Both the position numbers and the translations under genes were made by a program. Below, piece after piece: positions 27,689 through 36,589 of a stretch of 64,000 nucleotides of DNA. Every line of letters begins with the position of its first letter. Position 1 is the first letter of the stretch. This DNA is from Polyangiales bacterium (GTDB lineage: Bacteria; Myxococcota_A; Polyangia; Polyangiales; Houyiibacteriaceae). The notes below the pieces were generated by a model, which had not been told where the DNA came from, made no database searches, and worked only from the letters and a program-made list of their open reading frames with translations. The DNA lies in NCBI GenBank assembly GCA_965227405.1, contig OZ245758.1, positions 2,804,338 to 2,868,337 on the forward strand, written 5' to 3'.

Positions 27689-28221
27689 TGGGCACTCGAA
27701 CTCGGAAGCCGCGACCCAAACAGAGCAACTACATCACTCCAGAAGGGTTCGAGCGGATGCAGGCGGAGCTTTCGTTTCTCTGGAACGAAGAGCGTCCACG
27801 CGTGACCAAGGGTGTCGCGGAAGCCGCCGCGGAAGGCGACCGTTCGGAGAACGCGGAGTACATCTACGGCAAGAAGCGTCTTCGCGAGATCGACGCACGG
27901 ATTCAGTTTTTGGCCGATCGCGTGGATAAGGTGAAAGTCGTCGTTCCTGGTGAGCGCAGTCGTGACGACACCATCTTTTTCGGAGCGTGGATTCGTGCTG
28001 AAGACGAGGATGGCGAGGAGTACACGTATCGGATTGTGGGTCCCGACGAACACGACATGCATCCGCTGTACGTGTCGATGGACGCGCCGATCGGGAAGAC
28101 CTTGCTCGGGAAGCGTCTGGACGACGAAGTCTTGGTGAAACGCCCGAAGGGCGATCTGCTACTGACGATTCTCGAGATTCAGTACGAGCCGTTCGACGAT
28201 GTTGAAGGTTTCGATGAATGA
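27688..28221 (+). CDS. greB: Transcription elongation factor GreB-like
   Basis: 'YITPEGFERMQAELSFLWNEERPRVTKGV..GDRSENAEYIYGKKRLREIDARI' closely matches GreB. GTG start overlaps the upstream TAG. Confidence 0.8.
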   Translation: MGTRTRKPRPKQSNYITPEGFERMQAELSFLWNEERPRVTKGVAEAAAEGDRSENAEYIYGKKRLREIDARIQFLADRVDKVKVVVPGERSRDDTIFFGAWIRAEDEDGEEYTYRIVGPDEHDMHPLYVSMDAPIGKTLLGKRLDDEVLVKRPKGDLLLTILEIQYEPFDDVEGFDE

Positions 28222-28444
28222 GGACGAAATCGTTGTTCCCTGGAAGGACCTGAGCCCCGATGCGCTCAACGGCGTGATCGACGAATACGTCACGCGAGAG
28301 GGCACCGAATATGGGGCGCAGGACGTCCCGTTGGAAACGAAGCGCGCGCAAGTTCGGCGTCAGCTTGAGGCTGGAGAAGTCGTGGTTCTTTTCGACGCAA
28401 AGACCTCGACCACGAACATCGTGACCTCCGACCAAGTGCGGTAG
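28214..28444 (+). CDS. YheU/UPF0270 family small protein
   Basis: 'VVPWKDLSPDALNGVIDEYVTREGTEYG..ETKRAQVRRQLEAGEVVVLFD' parallels E. coli YheU ('IIPWQEL..TLDNLLESFVLREGTDYG...KVADVKRQLQCGEAVLVW'). Confidence 0.6.
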   Translation: MNEDEIVVPWKDLSPDALNGVIDEYVTREGTEYGAQDVPLETKRAQVRRQLEAGEVVVLFDAKTSTTNIVTSDQVR

Positions 28445-28456
28445 ACTCACCGCCCC

Positions 28457-30001
28457 GTGCGAGACGTCTACGCCAACCTACTCCGCGACACCCGCGGACT
28501 TCGACGTGAGCAATCCAAAGCGCGCGACGGTTGGTACGAGCGACTCGATTGGGAAAACAAAGAAGAGACGCTCTTCGAGCTGGAGATGCTGCTCAAGGGG
28601 TTCGCGTGCTTTGGCAATCCGCGAAACCACCCCGGTCCACAACGCCATGAAGCACCCGTCGCGCACGACTTTCGCGACGAGCTTCAAATCGTTCGCGACG
28701 CGTTGAGCCAGTCGATCGATCGCGTGCGACAGCTGCTGGGTCATCGTGATCGTGCGTACGTGTTTAGTCGGTACCTCGAGACCGTGCTTCCCGAAGACGC
28801 GTTGCGCAGCAAACTGATCAAAGAGCAGCTCAGTCAGGACACGCCCGAGGACTCGCTCTTCGTCTTGCGCAATACCTTCGGTTCGTTTCTCGAGCTTGCC
28901 GAGGGCATGGGTCGGCTTGGTCGCATCTCGCACCGCCAGTACTTCGCGCTCCTTGGCATGGTCACGCGCGAGATCGGCCGCAATACCTACTTCAATCCAT
29001 TGATCGCCCTGGAGTTTCGTCCGGAGTTCGATCGGATTCGAACGGCTGAAGTGCTCGAAGCGCTGCACACTTCGAGCGATCCCGCGCACCAAGTGGTTGC
29101 GGTGACATTCCTGAGTCTGTTTCGACTGCTTCGCTATGCGCGCTTGGTCGATCAGTACGCCTCCAAGCCTGCAACATCGCGGCGCGCGTACTTGATTTTG
29201 AGCGTGTTTCGAAGCGATGTCCGTGCGCTGACCCGCTATCTATCGCGACGTGCGCCCAATGGATTGGCCGACGGTTTTGAACGCAACATCCTCTCGGTTC
29301 CCCGCGGTGAACTGAAGAGTCGTTTTGAAGAACTCGCCGATCGCGGTGGGCGGCTCATCGCGCTTCGCTCGACGCTCGAAAGTCTGTCGAACGTGTTGCG
29401 CGTGGAAGTGCGACGGACATTCGAGCGCGATCTTCCTGCCCCTGGGCATGCACGTTCGAACGAACTCGGACCCTTGTTGGTGATTGCGACCGCTCAGCTG
29501 CGAGCCACCATTCATCACGCGATTCATCGATTGTGCAAAGAACTCAATCCCGCCGCGACGCCGCCCGTGCTCTCGTCGAGCGAAGTGGCGAGTGTCGATG
29601 CCGCCGAGCGTTTGCGACGCGACGTGTGGATGTTCCAACAAGTGTTGCGCGCGTTCTTGGCCAAAGCGAAAGCCAGTAAGGCCGAAGACCGGTGGGCGAA
29701 CTTTGCGAGCTTTCGCTTTGTTCGAGAGTTCCTCTCGCACTTTCGCGCGATCGGGTACCAGCTGGTGCGGGAGTCGGACTACACGCGTCTCGATCCCTTT
29801 CTTCATGCGCTCGACATGTTGCGGGACGTGGACCTGTTGGATCCGGAGAAGCTCGCGTCGATCGTGGAGGAGTGTCAGGCGCTCTATAAGTTTCTCGATC
29901 AGCTATTCGCGCAGATCTCGCAGCGAGCCGAGTTGGAAAAGCGAGTCTTTGATAAGCGTTCAGCCGCGGAGACTTTGAAGATCTACTTGGGTGCGGCGTA
30001 G
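28457..30001 (+). CDS. Hypothetical protein (514 aa)
   Basis: Long ORF, high-GC codon bias. No family recognised. Confidence 0.5.
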   Translation: MRDVYANLLRDTRGLRREQSKARDGWYERLDWENKEETLFELEMLLKGFACFGNPRNHPGPQRHEAPVAHDFRDELQIVRDALSQSIDRVRQLLGHRDRAYVFSRYLETVLPEDALRSKLIKEQLSQDTPEDSLFVLRNTFGSFLELAEGMGRLGRISHRQYFALLGMVTREIGRNTYFNPLIALEFRPEFDRIRTAEVLEALHTSSDPAHQVVAVTFLSLFRLLRYARLVDQYASKPATSRRAYLILSVFRSDVRALTRYLSRRAPNGLADGFERNILSVPRGELKSRFEELADRGGRLIALRSTLESLSNVLRVEVRRTFERDLPAPGHARSNELGPLLVIATAQLRATIHHAIHRLCKELNPAATPPVLSSSEVASVDAAERLRRDVWMFQQVLRAFLAKAKASKAEDRWANFASFRFVREFLSHFRAIGYQLVRESDYTRLDPFLHALDMLRDVDLLDPEKLASIVEECQALYKFLDQLFAQISQRAELEKRVFDKRSAAETLKIYLGAA

Positions 30002-30273
30002 CTACGTCGGTGGGTGCGAACTTTTTTAGTGGGAAATTTTGAAACCCAAAATTTCTATCCTGGTTCCCGCGATTGATGCCGTCCGTCGAGCCGGCTCAGC
30101 ATTCCGCTTCGCGGATCCGGAAGATTGGAAGGTTGGAAGCCAGGAAGGGCTCGGGAGCAAACTTTTTAGTGGGAGGACGCGAGGCTCGGAGACCGGAGAG
30201 ATTGATTTTCTCCTGGCAACGCGAACGAGAAGCCCGGAGTGGCGATCGATCGGATGCGAGACCCGAGGAGGTC

Positions 30274-30375
30274 GGGATTCCTATTAACCGGAAGCAGTAG
30301 AAGGCTGGAAGGCGGGAAGGTTTTGCATCGAAAAACCTTTCCGCCTTCTAGCCTTCCCGCGCTTCCGGCTAAAAT
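30274..30375. repeat. Copy 1 of an about 100-bp palindromic repeat (23-bp GC-rich stem 'gaaggctggaaggcgggaaggtt' nested in outer 'ccggaagc...gcttccgg' arms)
   Basis: About 95 % identical to copy 2 at 30814-30914. The two copies bracket a 122-aa ORF. Coordinates approximate (+/-2). Confidence 0.75.
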
Positions 30376-30426
30376 TGAAAGACTCCGCACGGAACACACG
30401 AGGCGTCTCTGAACTAGCATTGTTGC

Positions 30427-30795
30427 GTGCGCTATCCGATCGATCGCCACCTCGACACCGTTATCTTGTTCACGGAGGTCGAGTTCACTCCCGCAGCGTA
30501 CGAAGCACACGCTCGCTCTTTGCGAATGCGGATCGTTTCCGAGCAGGAGTTCCTTCCGTTCTGGCTGATGAAGAAAACCGGGTTTGCGATGATCTGGGTC
30601 ACACCGGTGTCGACTGTGCGAGTGCATTCCGTGTCGTTGCTCGACCACAAAGCGGATCCAAAGTCAGCGAACAAACTAGGAGTCGCCCTCGTGCAAACGG
30701 TCGACGCGCTGCAGGCTGGTTACGAGCACCTGTTTGAGCGTCCGGGTCGACCGCGTAAGGGTCACGACGTTCTGAGCTGGCCGGTGGAGTACTGA
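30427..30795 (+). CDS. Hypothetical 122-aa protein in the repeat-bracketed islet
   Basis: ORF with noticeably less GC3-biased codons (tat, gtt, ttg, act, gca, tct, cga...) than flanking genes. Flanked by the two palindromic repeat copies. Confidence 0.4.
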   Translation: MRYPIDRHLDTVILFTEVEFTPAAYEAHARSLRMRIVSEQEFLPFWLMKKTGFAMIWVTPVSTVRVHSVSLLDHKADPKSANKLGVALVQTVDALQAGYEHLFERPGRPRKGHDVLSWPVEY

Positions 30796-30813
30796 GCTAC
30801 TTGGCGTAGTCGT

Positions 30814-30914
30814 GGGATTCCTATTAACCGGAAGCGGGAGAAGGCTGGAAGGCGGGAAGGTTTGGTATCGAAAACCTTCCCGCCTTCCAGCCTTCCCGCG
30901 CTTCCGGTAAAAAT
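30814..30914. repeat. Copy 2 of the about 100-bp palindromic repeat (perfect 23-bp stem)
   Basis: 'gggattcctattaaccggaagcgggagaaggctggaaggcgggaaggtttggtatcgaaaaccttcccgccttccagccttcccgcgcttccggtaaaaat'. Confidence 0.75.
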
Positions 30915-31147
30915 GTTCGCCCACCCCACAAGCGGAGCGACGTGGACAAACCGGAGAACCGAAGCGCCCGAAGCATGTGCCGTTCAAAGAATGGCGGCAG
31001 TCCGATGAGTACTTGGCATTCCACGCGGCATGGAAGAAGCGTAAGACGCAAGTGATCGACGTGCGAGAAGAGCAACGCGATGGGAAAACTGTTCGCGTGG
31101 TGACCTACAAAAAGAAGTAGTCGGTCGCAGGGCAGGTACGCCGCGTA

Positions 31148-32536
31148 CTAGCGAGTACGAGGGCCAATAGCTTCGCGCAGAGCCATTGCCGCCCCTACTG
31201 GGCGCTCGTAGCCGATCGGCGCACGCACCAGCCGGATATCGGACTGCGTTTGCGGATCTCGATCGCGCCCAAACGCGTCTCCCACGATCAGCACGACTCG
31301 TGCCGCCGCCAGAAACGCTCCCCACAGCGGTCGCAGCTCCTCATCGGGCGGCAGTGAAAACAGCTCCAGGTTCGTTCCACCGATCGCCACGACTCCGATG
31401 GCTCCAAACGACCCTGCACCGGCCGGGGTCGGTGGCTCGGGCGCGGCAATAAACTCTTCGAGTCCACCCAGCGCTCGCGCAAAACGTGTGATGTCTTCGC
31501 GCGGTCCGCTCACGCCCAGTCGGACTGGACCTTCCACACCGGGTCGTCGCAAGCGAAGCGCTGCCGCACGCATCGCCGTCACCTCTTCGGGATCGCAAAA
31601 ACGAACTCGGTTGACCGCGTCGTACGCTTGCAGCACATCGCGGTCGATCAGCTCTGCAACGATACGCAGCACTTCCAGGTCATGCGCGGGAACCAAGTCG
31701 AGTAGCTCTTCGATCGAACGCGCTTCCTCGAGCGATGCGGTAATGCGCGCGACGAGTTCTGCCGAAAGGCCCTCCACGTTCTTCGGCTCGGCAATGCAGT
31801 GCACTTGCGTGGCCAAGCTGGGCAACTTGGTCTGCAGTTCTTTGAGTTCGTCGGCGTGACGAACGGCTTCCATCAACAGGAAGTCAGTACTGGCATCGAT
31901 GCGCTGTCGACCCGCTGTTCGATCGGGCAAAAACACAAACTGACCTTCGCTTAGCGCCAACACCCGAAACAGCGCTTTTTCGCCGGCGACAAAGCCACAC
32001 ACGGCATCCACGACGCGGCCTTCCTTGAGCCAAATCTGACCGCGGACACCGCCGCTCACAACGCTCAGCAAACCGGTGCGCCGGTTGGCGGCAAACACCT
32101 GCAGCAGGTCGAAGAGCGCAACCTGTTGCAGATCACCCTCGAGCTCTGGACCGGTTTCGGGTTCACGACGCGTCCGAATGACTTCGATGACGCGCGAGGC
32201 GACTTCTTCCGCGTGGAAGGGTTTGACGATCGGTTCGGCGCGCGGATGCAGCGCAGCAAGCTCGGTTGGGTCACCTTCACCCAGCACAAACACATGTGCG
32301 TCTGCGGTGTGCGGGTTGTCCGAAAGCACGTCGAGGAACGTGCGGATATCGAACACGCGCACATCGCGGTCGACCAGCACGACTTCAGCGTGCATCTCGA
32401 CCGCGTGTTTGAGTCCGCTTTGCCCGTCGGTGGCCAGTGACACGCGTGCACCGAGAGCGCGCAGTGTCTTCGCCAGTAGATCGAGGGTGTCGTAGTTCTC
32501 GTCGACGACAAGAACGCGGCCGGGATCGTCGTTCAT
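31148..32536 (-). CDS. Response-regulator receiver protein with DUF4388 domain
   Basis: N-terminal receiver ('RVLVVDENYD...VVLVDRD...K'). DUF4388 signature 'GDLQQVALFDLLQVFAANRRTGLLSV..GQIWLKEGRVVDA..GEKALFRVL'. Confidence 0.7.
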   Translation of the reverse strand: MNDDPGRVLVVDENYDTLDLLAKTLRALGARVSLATDGQSGLKHAVEMHAEVVLVDRDVRVFDIRTFLDVLSDNPHTADAHVFVLGEGDPTELAALHPRAEPIVKPFHAEEVASRVIEVIRTRREPETGPELEGDLQQVALFDLLQVFAANRRTGLLSVVSGGVRGQIWLKEGRVVDAVCGFVAGEKALFRVLALSEGQFVFLPDRTAGRQRIDASTDFLLMEAVRHADELKELQTKLPSLATQVHCIAEPKNVEGLSAELVARITASLEEARSIEELLDLVPAHDLEVLRIVAELIDRDVLQAYDAVNRVRFCDPEEVTAMRAAALRLRRPGVEGPVRLGVSGPREDITRFARALGGLEEFIAAPEPPTPAGAGSFGAIGVVAIGGTNLELFSLPPDEELRPLWGAFLAAARVVLIVGDAFGRDRDPQTQSDIRLVRAPIGYERPVGAAMALREAIGPRTR

Positions 32537-34434
32537 CCGACCTCCGGCTGCAGGTGATAGGTGCGCTGAAGTGCGGTGACGAGCCCGTCGACCAAGTCCA
32601 AATCGCTCGCGTGAAACGCCAGTACGGACTCGTCGCCCAAGTTGCGACCGGTCAACACGTATCCGCCCACCTCGGTCAGGCCCATCAGCAACACGCGATC
32701 GCGCAGACGCGCATCGTCGACGCGAAGTCGTCGTGCACCAGGCGGACTGGGTTGCTTGAGAATCCCCAGTTCGGAGCGCATCGGTTCAAGAACCCACGCA
32801 CGCACGGGACCGGTTTCGCCGATGTCCATCGACTGCACGACTGCGTTGGCAATGTCGTCGTCACCGGCGCAGTAGATCACACCACTGATGCGTTGCTGCA
32901 TGGCGTCGGCCGCAAGCGAAGCACCGATTCGCGGAAGCACCGCACGCGGGATCAGCGAGTGCCGCGAAAGCACGTCCTCAGCATTCGCGGCATCACCACT
33001 GAGCTTGAGACCTTCGGGCGTATCTTCGACGTCGGCTGCGCCGAGCACTTTGTCGAGTACTTCCCAAAAGGGCAGGTTCGACAACGACAAGCGACGCCAC
33101 ACGCCGTTGCGCGATTGATCGGAACGGCGTCGTGACACGCGAAGCAACCGACCGAGATCGGCACCATCCAGCGGGTAGACCGAAATTCCACACACCAGAT
33201 CCAACGCGGCGTCGGTCAGTTCTGCACTGGCCAACATCGCGGGGATCTCTTCGAGCGCATGAAAGCGCGTCAGGATGCGTCGTCGTGCGGCAAGCGCGCC
33301 GAGCAGACCGGTTTCGGGCAAGAGCAGAAACAACTCGTCGTCTTCGACGCGCGCAAGCACGTCGGAGTCGCGCACAGCGCCCAACACCGCGTCGGTCACC
33401 AGTCGGCGCAACGCGAGTCGAACATCGGGACCCGCTCGTTCGCGAACTTGCTCAAGTCCTTCAACACCCAGCGTCATCAAGGCGAAGCGACGACCATGAC
33501 GGGAGGCACGATCGATCTCACGACCCGCCACATCACCGAAGTACGCAAACGTGTAGGCGCTGGTCTCCGGGTCTTTGATGCCCGTGCGCGCAATCGCGTC
33601 GACCTTGCGCGAAGCCGCCAGTGCCGCAGTTCCCAACGATGCGACCACCGTGAGCGCATCACGCTGTTCGTCGTTGAGCGGTTCGATCGGAACCAACACG
33701 CAACATGCCGACACGTCTTGTTCGCCGAGAAACAAGATGCGCGTGAGGTGGTCGTCCTCTTGAACAGGTTGCGTAGGATCCATCGCCGACAGCGCTTCTT
33801 CGTCCAGCACCGGCGGGAGTTCGTCACCACCCACAACAGTGGCAGTGCGCAAGTAGGTCTGTGCGCCTGGAAAAGGCGGTGCGTAGATCGCGCCTGCAGC
33901 CAGTGGCAGCTCTTCAGCGCAGGTTCGTAGGATGCGCTCGGCGACCACTTGTTGGTCCGTCTCCGCGACGAACGCAGCACATCGCGCGTAAGTGGCCGTG
34001 CGCAATCGACCCCATCGCGCTTCTTCACCGAGCTTGTGGCGCTGTTGGAGCAGGATGCGTCGCTCGCGCGCCCGATCGATGGCGACGAGGAGCGAGTCGC
34101 CGGTCAGTGGGCGCATCACGGTCTGCAGCACACCCAACGCCATCGCGTGCGAGGCTTCTTCGAGATCTTGCGGCGTGGTCAGAACGATGACGTCGACGAG
34201 CGGATAGAGCGCGCGAAGGTGGTGCACCAGCGCGAGTCCATCTCCGCGCGGAAGCGAGAGCGACACCAGTGCAACGTCCACGTCACCACGTGCCAGATGC
34301 GCGACTGCATCGGGAACACGCAGAGCGATGTCGACGCGATCCCCACGTTCTTCGAGCACGCGCGCAGCAAACCCAGCGTCGCGTTCATCCGCCGCAACCA
34401 CCAGGATTCGCAACGTGCGAACGATCTCGGTCAC
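32533..34434 (-). CDS. Response regulator with degenerate GGDEF domain
   Basis: Receiver 'LRILVVAADERD..VALVSLSLP'. GGDEF-like 'DPETSAYTFAYFGDVAGREIDRASRHGRRFALMTLGVEGL...RVEDDELFLLLPET', with the GG[DE]EF motif replaced by EDDEL. GTG start at 34432-34434 overlaps the dapF stop (GTGA). Confidence 0.65.
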   Translation of the reverse strand: MTEIVRTLRILVVAADERDAGFAARVLEERGDRVDIALRVPDAVAHLARGDVDVALVSLSLPRGDGLALVHHLRALYPLVDVIVLTTPQDLEEASHAMALGVLQTVMRPLTGDSLLVAIDRARERRILLQQRHKLGEEARWGRLRTATYARCAAFVAETDQQVVAERILRTCAEELPLAAGAIYAPPFPGAQTYLRTATVVGGDELPPVLDEEALSAMDPTQPVQEDDHLTRILFLGEQDVSACCVLVPIEPLNDEQRDALTVVASLGTAALAASRKVDAIARTGIKDPETSAYTFAYFGDVAGREIDRASRHGRRFALMTLGVEGLEQVRERAGPDVRLALRRLVTDAVLGAVRDSDVLARVEDDELFLLLPETGLLGALAARRRILTRFHALEEIPAMLASAELTDAALDLVCGISVYPLDGADLGRLLRVSRRRSDQSRNGVWRRLSLSNLPFWEVLDKVLGAADVEDTPEGLKLSGDAANAEDVLSRHSLIPRAVLPRIGASLAADAMQQRISGVIYCAGDDDIANAVVQSMDIGETGPVRAWVLEPMRSELGILKQPSPPGARRLRVDDARLRDRVLLMGLTEVGGYVLTGRNLGDESVLAFHASDLDLVDGLVTALQRTYHLQPEVG

Positions 34435-35228
34435 GCGGGCAGAATCCCGTTGAAGACGTGCTTTGCGGGGCCCCGCATGTGGATGCCTTCGTCGCGAACC
34501 GTGATGGTGAGTGGACCACCAGGAAGTTTGATCGCAATGGGTTCGCCCACGACCGCGCGCTTGGTTTGAACCGCGGCAAATGCGGCTGCGCACGCACCGG
34601 TTCCGCAGGCACGGGTCCATCCAGAACCGCGTTCGAACACCCAGAGTCGAAAACCGCCCGGTATGTCTTCGGCAAACCCGACGTTCACGCTTTGCGGAAA
34701 CCGCGGGTCGGCTTGAAGGTCGGGTCCGAGCTGGAGACGCGCTTCACCGACGGGATCGAAGGTGACCAAGTGCGGGTTGCCCATGCCGACTGCCGTGAAG
34801 CGGATCGGCTTGCCGTCGACTTCACGCAACGCTTCGTCGACCACAGGTTGACCGCCTGTCACGGGAACGAGCTCCGGTGCGACGGTGCCTGCTTGCATGA
34901 CGACTTCGATGTCGCTCGTTCCGCGAATCCACGCGCGGTGCGGCCCTGCATCGGTTTGAATCGTGACTTCGTCGCCTTTGAGCGCACCGATGCGACGCAG
35001 GTGCCAAACCACACAACGCAGGCCGTTGCCGCACATCTCCGCGATGCTTCCGTCGGCGTTGAGAACCTGCATGGAAGGGTTCTTCGTATCGACCAAGAGC
35101 ACGCCATCGGCGCCAATACCGGTGTGCCGATCGCAGAGCTTCGCGGCGCGCGCGGCATCGATCGATCCCTCGCCTGTTTCGACGATGATGAAATCGTTCC
35201 CCAAGCCCTCGTACTTCGCGAACTTCAT
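34431..35228 (-). CDS. dapF: Diaminopimelate epimerase
   Basis: 'MKFAKYEGLGNDFIIV', 'CGNGLRCV', 'VGMGNPHLV', 'ERGSGWTRACGTGACAAA', the classic DapF signatures with both catalytic Cys. Confidence 0.9.
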   Translation of the reverse strand: MKFAKYEGLGNDFIIVETGEGSIDAARAAKLCDRHTGIGADGVLLVDTKNPSMQVLNADGSIAEMCGNGLRCVVWHLRRIGALKGDEVTIQTDAGPHRAWIRGTSDIEVVMQAGTVAPELVPVTGGQPVVDEALREVDGKPIRFTAVGMGNPHLVTFDPVGEARLQLGPDLQADPRFPQSVNVGFAEDIPGGFRLWVFERGSGWTRACGTGACAAAFAAVQTKRAVVGEPIAIKLPGGPLTITVRDEGIHMRGPAKHVFNGILPA

Positions 35229-35259
35229 CGCCTACGACGAACTACCACATCGAGCGGCG

Positions 35260-36519
35260 TCATCGGACGTGAACGTAAGTCGCGGGTTCTTCCCCGACAG
35301 GCCGCGGGAAAATCGCGGTCCATCCAGAGGGAAGCTGCGGTTCGCTCAGGTCGAAGAGGGTGCGTGCATCGCGCGGAGAGAGGTTCACGCAGCCGTGGCT
35401 CTTCCGGCGGCCGAACTGGTCGTGCCAGAACGCCGCGTGGAGGCCGTTGGAGCCCTCGAAGTACTGAACCCAAGGCACCCGTTCGATGGCGTAGTTGCTC
35501 TCGACATCGTCGCGCTCGAGGTTGTCCATGTCGCTGAACGCGAGCTTGACCCAGATGCGATGAACTCCCGCGGGAGTCTCGTGATGTCGACCCCGTCGAC
35601 CAGTACTGACCAGGGTCGCGAACGTGGGGGTATCGCCGCGATAGGCGACCAAGACTTGGTTGGCGATGTCCACGTCCATCCAGGTGGAGTGTTCCGGTAC
35701 GTCGTCAGGACGTGGTTCGTGACGTGCGACGACTAGATCGCGTTCGCGCATCCAGGTTCCATCGTTGAGTTCGGCCCAGCCGCGTTGAGTGCCGACGAGG
35801 TGAACGATCTCGCGTTGACCGGCTCGACGAGCGACGCGACCGTTGCGGCGTTCGAACACACGTGCGTTGCGGTTCTTCACCCATGCGACATCGAGCGTGC
35901 CGTTTTCGAGTTCGATGCCGTGGAACTGCGAACCGCGGGCATGGCGAACCTGATCGGCTTCAATGTAGATGCGACGGCGGGTGCGAACGAACGGAACTCC
36001 GTCGTAGACCGTGGATCCCGTGACGATGACGCCAAAGCCTTCGCCCAGTGCTTCGATGTACTGGTCGGCGAAGTAGTCGCTGGGGTGCGCGAACGCGCGT
36101 GTTCCGTCGTAGCCCACGAACGCGTAGTCGTGCGGAAGTAGCGCATCGGGTTCCATCAGGGGATGCGCGCGGGTTTGGGGATGTGAACGCGTAAATCGAA
36201 CGTCGCCTTCGCAAACGAACGTACCCGGTGCGAACTCGACCCAGCTGCGTGTACTGCAACCGTCACCGGCCACGCGTCGCAAGACCGGGAAGCGAGCACC
36301 GCGAGCGAGTGTTCCGCGACGCGTTGCACCGCGTTGAGGCGCGAGGAACACCGGTGCGTCGGCGTGGATGATCTCCACGCTTTGGGTTCCGTTTGGAGGT
36401 GGAGTCAGAGGCGTACCGGGCCGGAGCGACTGCGCCATGGCACCCGCTGCACACAACACCCCGATGGCGACGATCCAACGCACGCGACGATTATAGAAAC
36501 GCAGTTCACCGGAGCGCAC
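35260..36519 (-). CDS. L,D-transpeptidase (YkuD-domain) family protein, secreted
   Basis: Signal peptide 'WIVAIGVLCAAGAMAQS'. Catalytic 'SHGCVNLSPRDA'. Confidence 0.75.
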   Translation of the reverse strand: MRSGELRFYNRRVRWIVAIGVLCAAGAMAQSLRPGTPLTPPPNGTQSVEIIHADAPVFLAPQRGATRRGTLARGARFPVLRRVAGDGCSTRSWVEFAPGTFVCEGDVRFTRSHPQTRAHPLMEPDALLPHDYAFVGYDGTRAFAHPSDYFADQYIEALGEGFGVIVTGSTVYDGVPFVRTRRRIYIEADQVRHARGSQFHGIELENGTLDVAWVKNRNARVFERRNGRVARRAGQREIVHLVGTQRGWAELNDGTWMRERDLVVARHEPRPDDVPEHSTWMDVDIANQVLVAYRGDTPTFATLVSTGRRGRHHETPAGVHRIWVKLAFSDMDNLERDDVESNYAIERVPWVQYFEGSNGLHAAFWHDQFGRRKSHGCVNLSPRDARTLFDLSEPQLPSGWTAIFPRPVGEEPATYVHVR

Positions 36520-36589
36520 ATTTCACGCCAAACCGGGTCACGTATGGTCACATAGTTCCGGTCCGCACGGACTACGTCCCCAGGCGGAC

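Noticed and set aside
30274-30914. Integron gene-cassette / attC interpretation of the two palindromic repeats
   Set aside because: No intI-like integrase nearby. The repeat ends do not fit the R''(RYYYAAC)/R'(GTTRRRY) cores. Kept only as a generic MITE/REP-like or cassette hypothesis.
30001-31147. CRISPR array
   Set aside because: Only two copies of an about 100-bp repeat, spaced about 540 bp apart, enclosing an ORF. No short regular repeat-spacer periodicity anywhere in the window.
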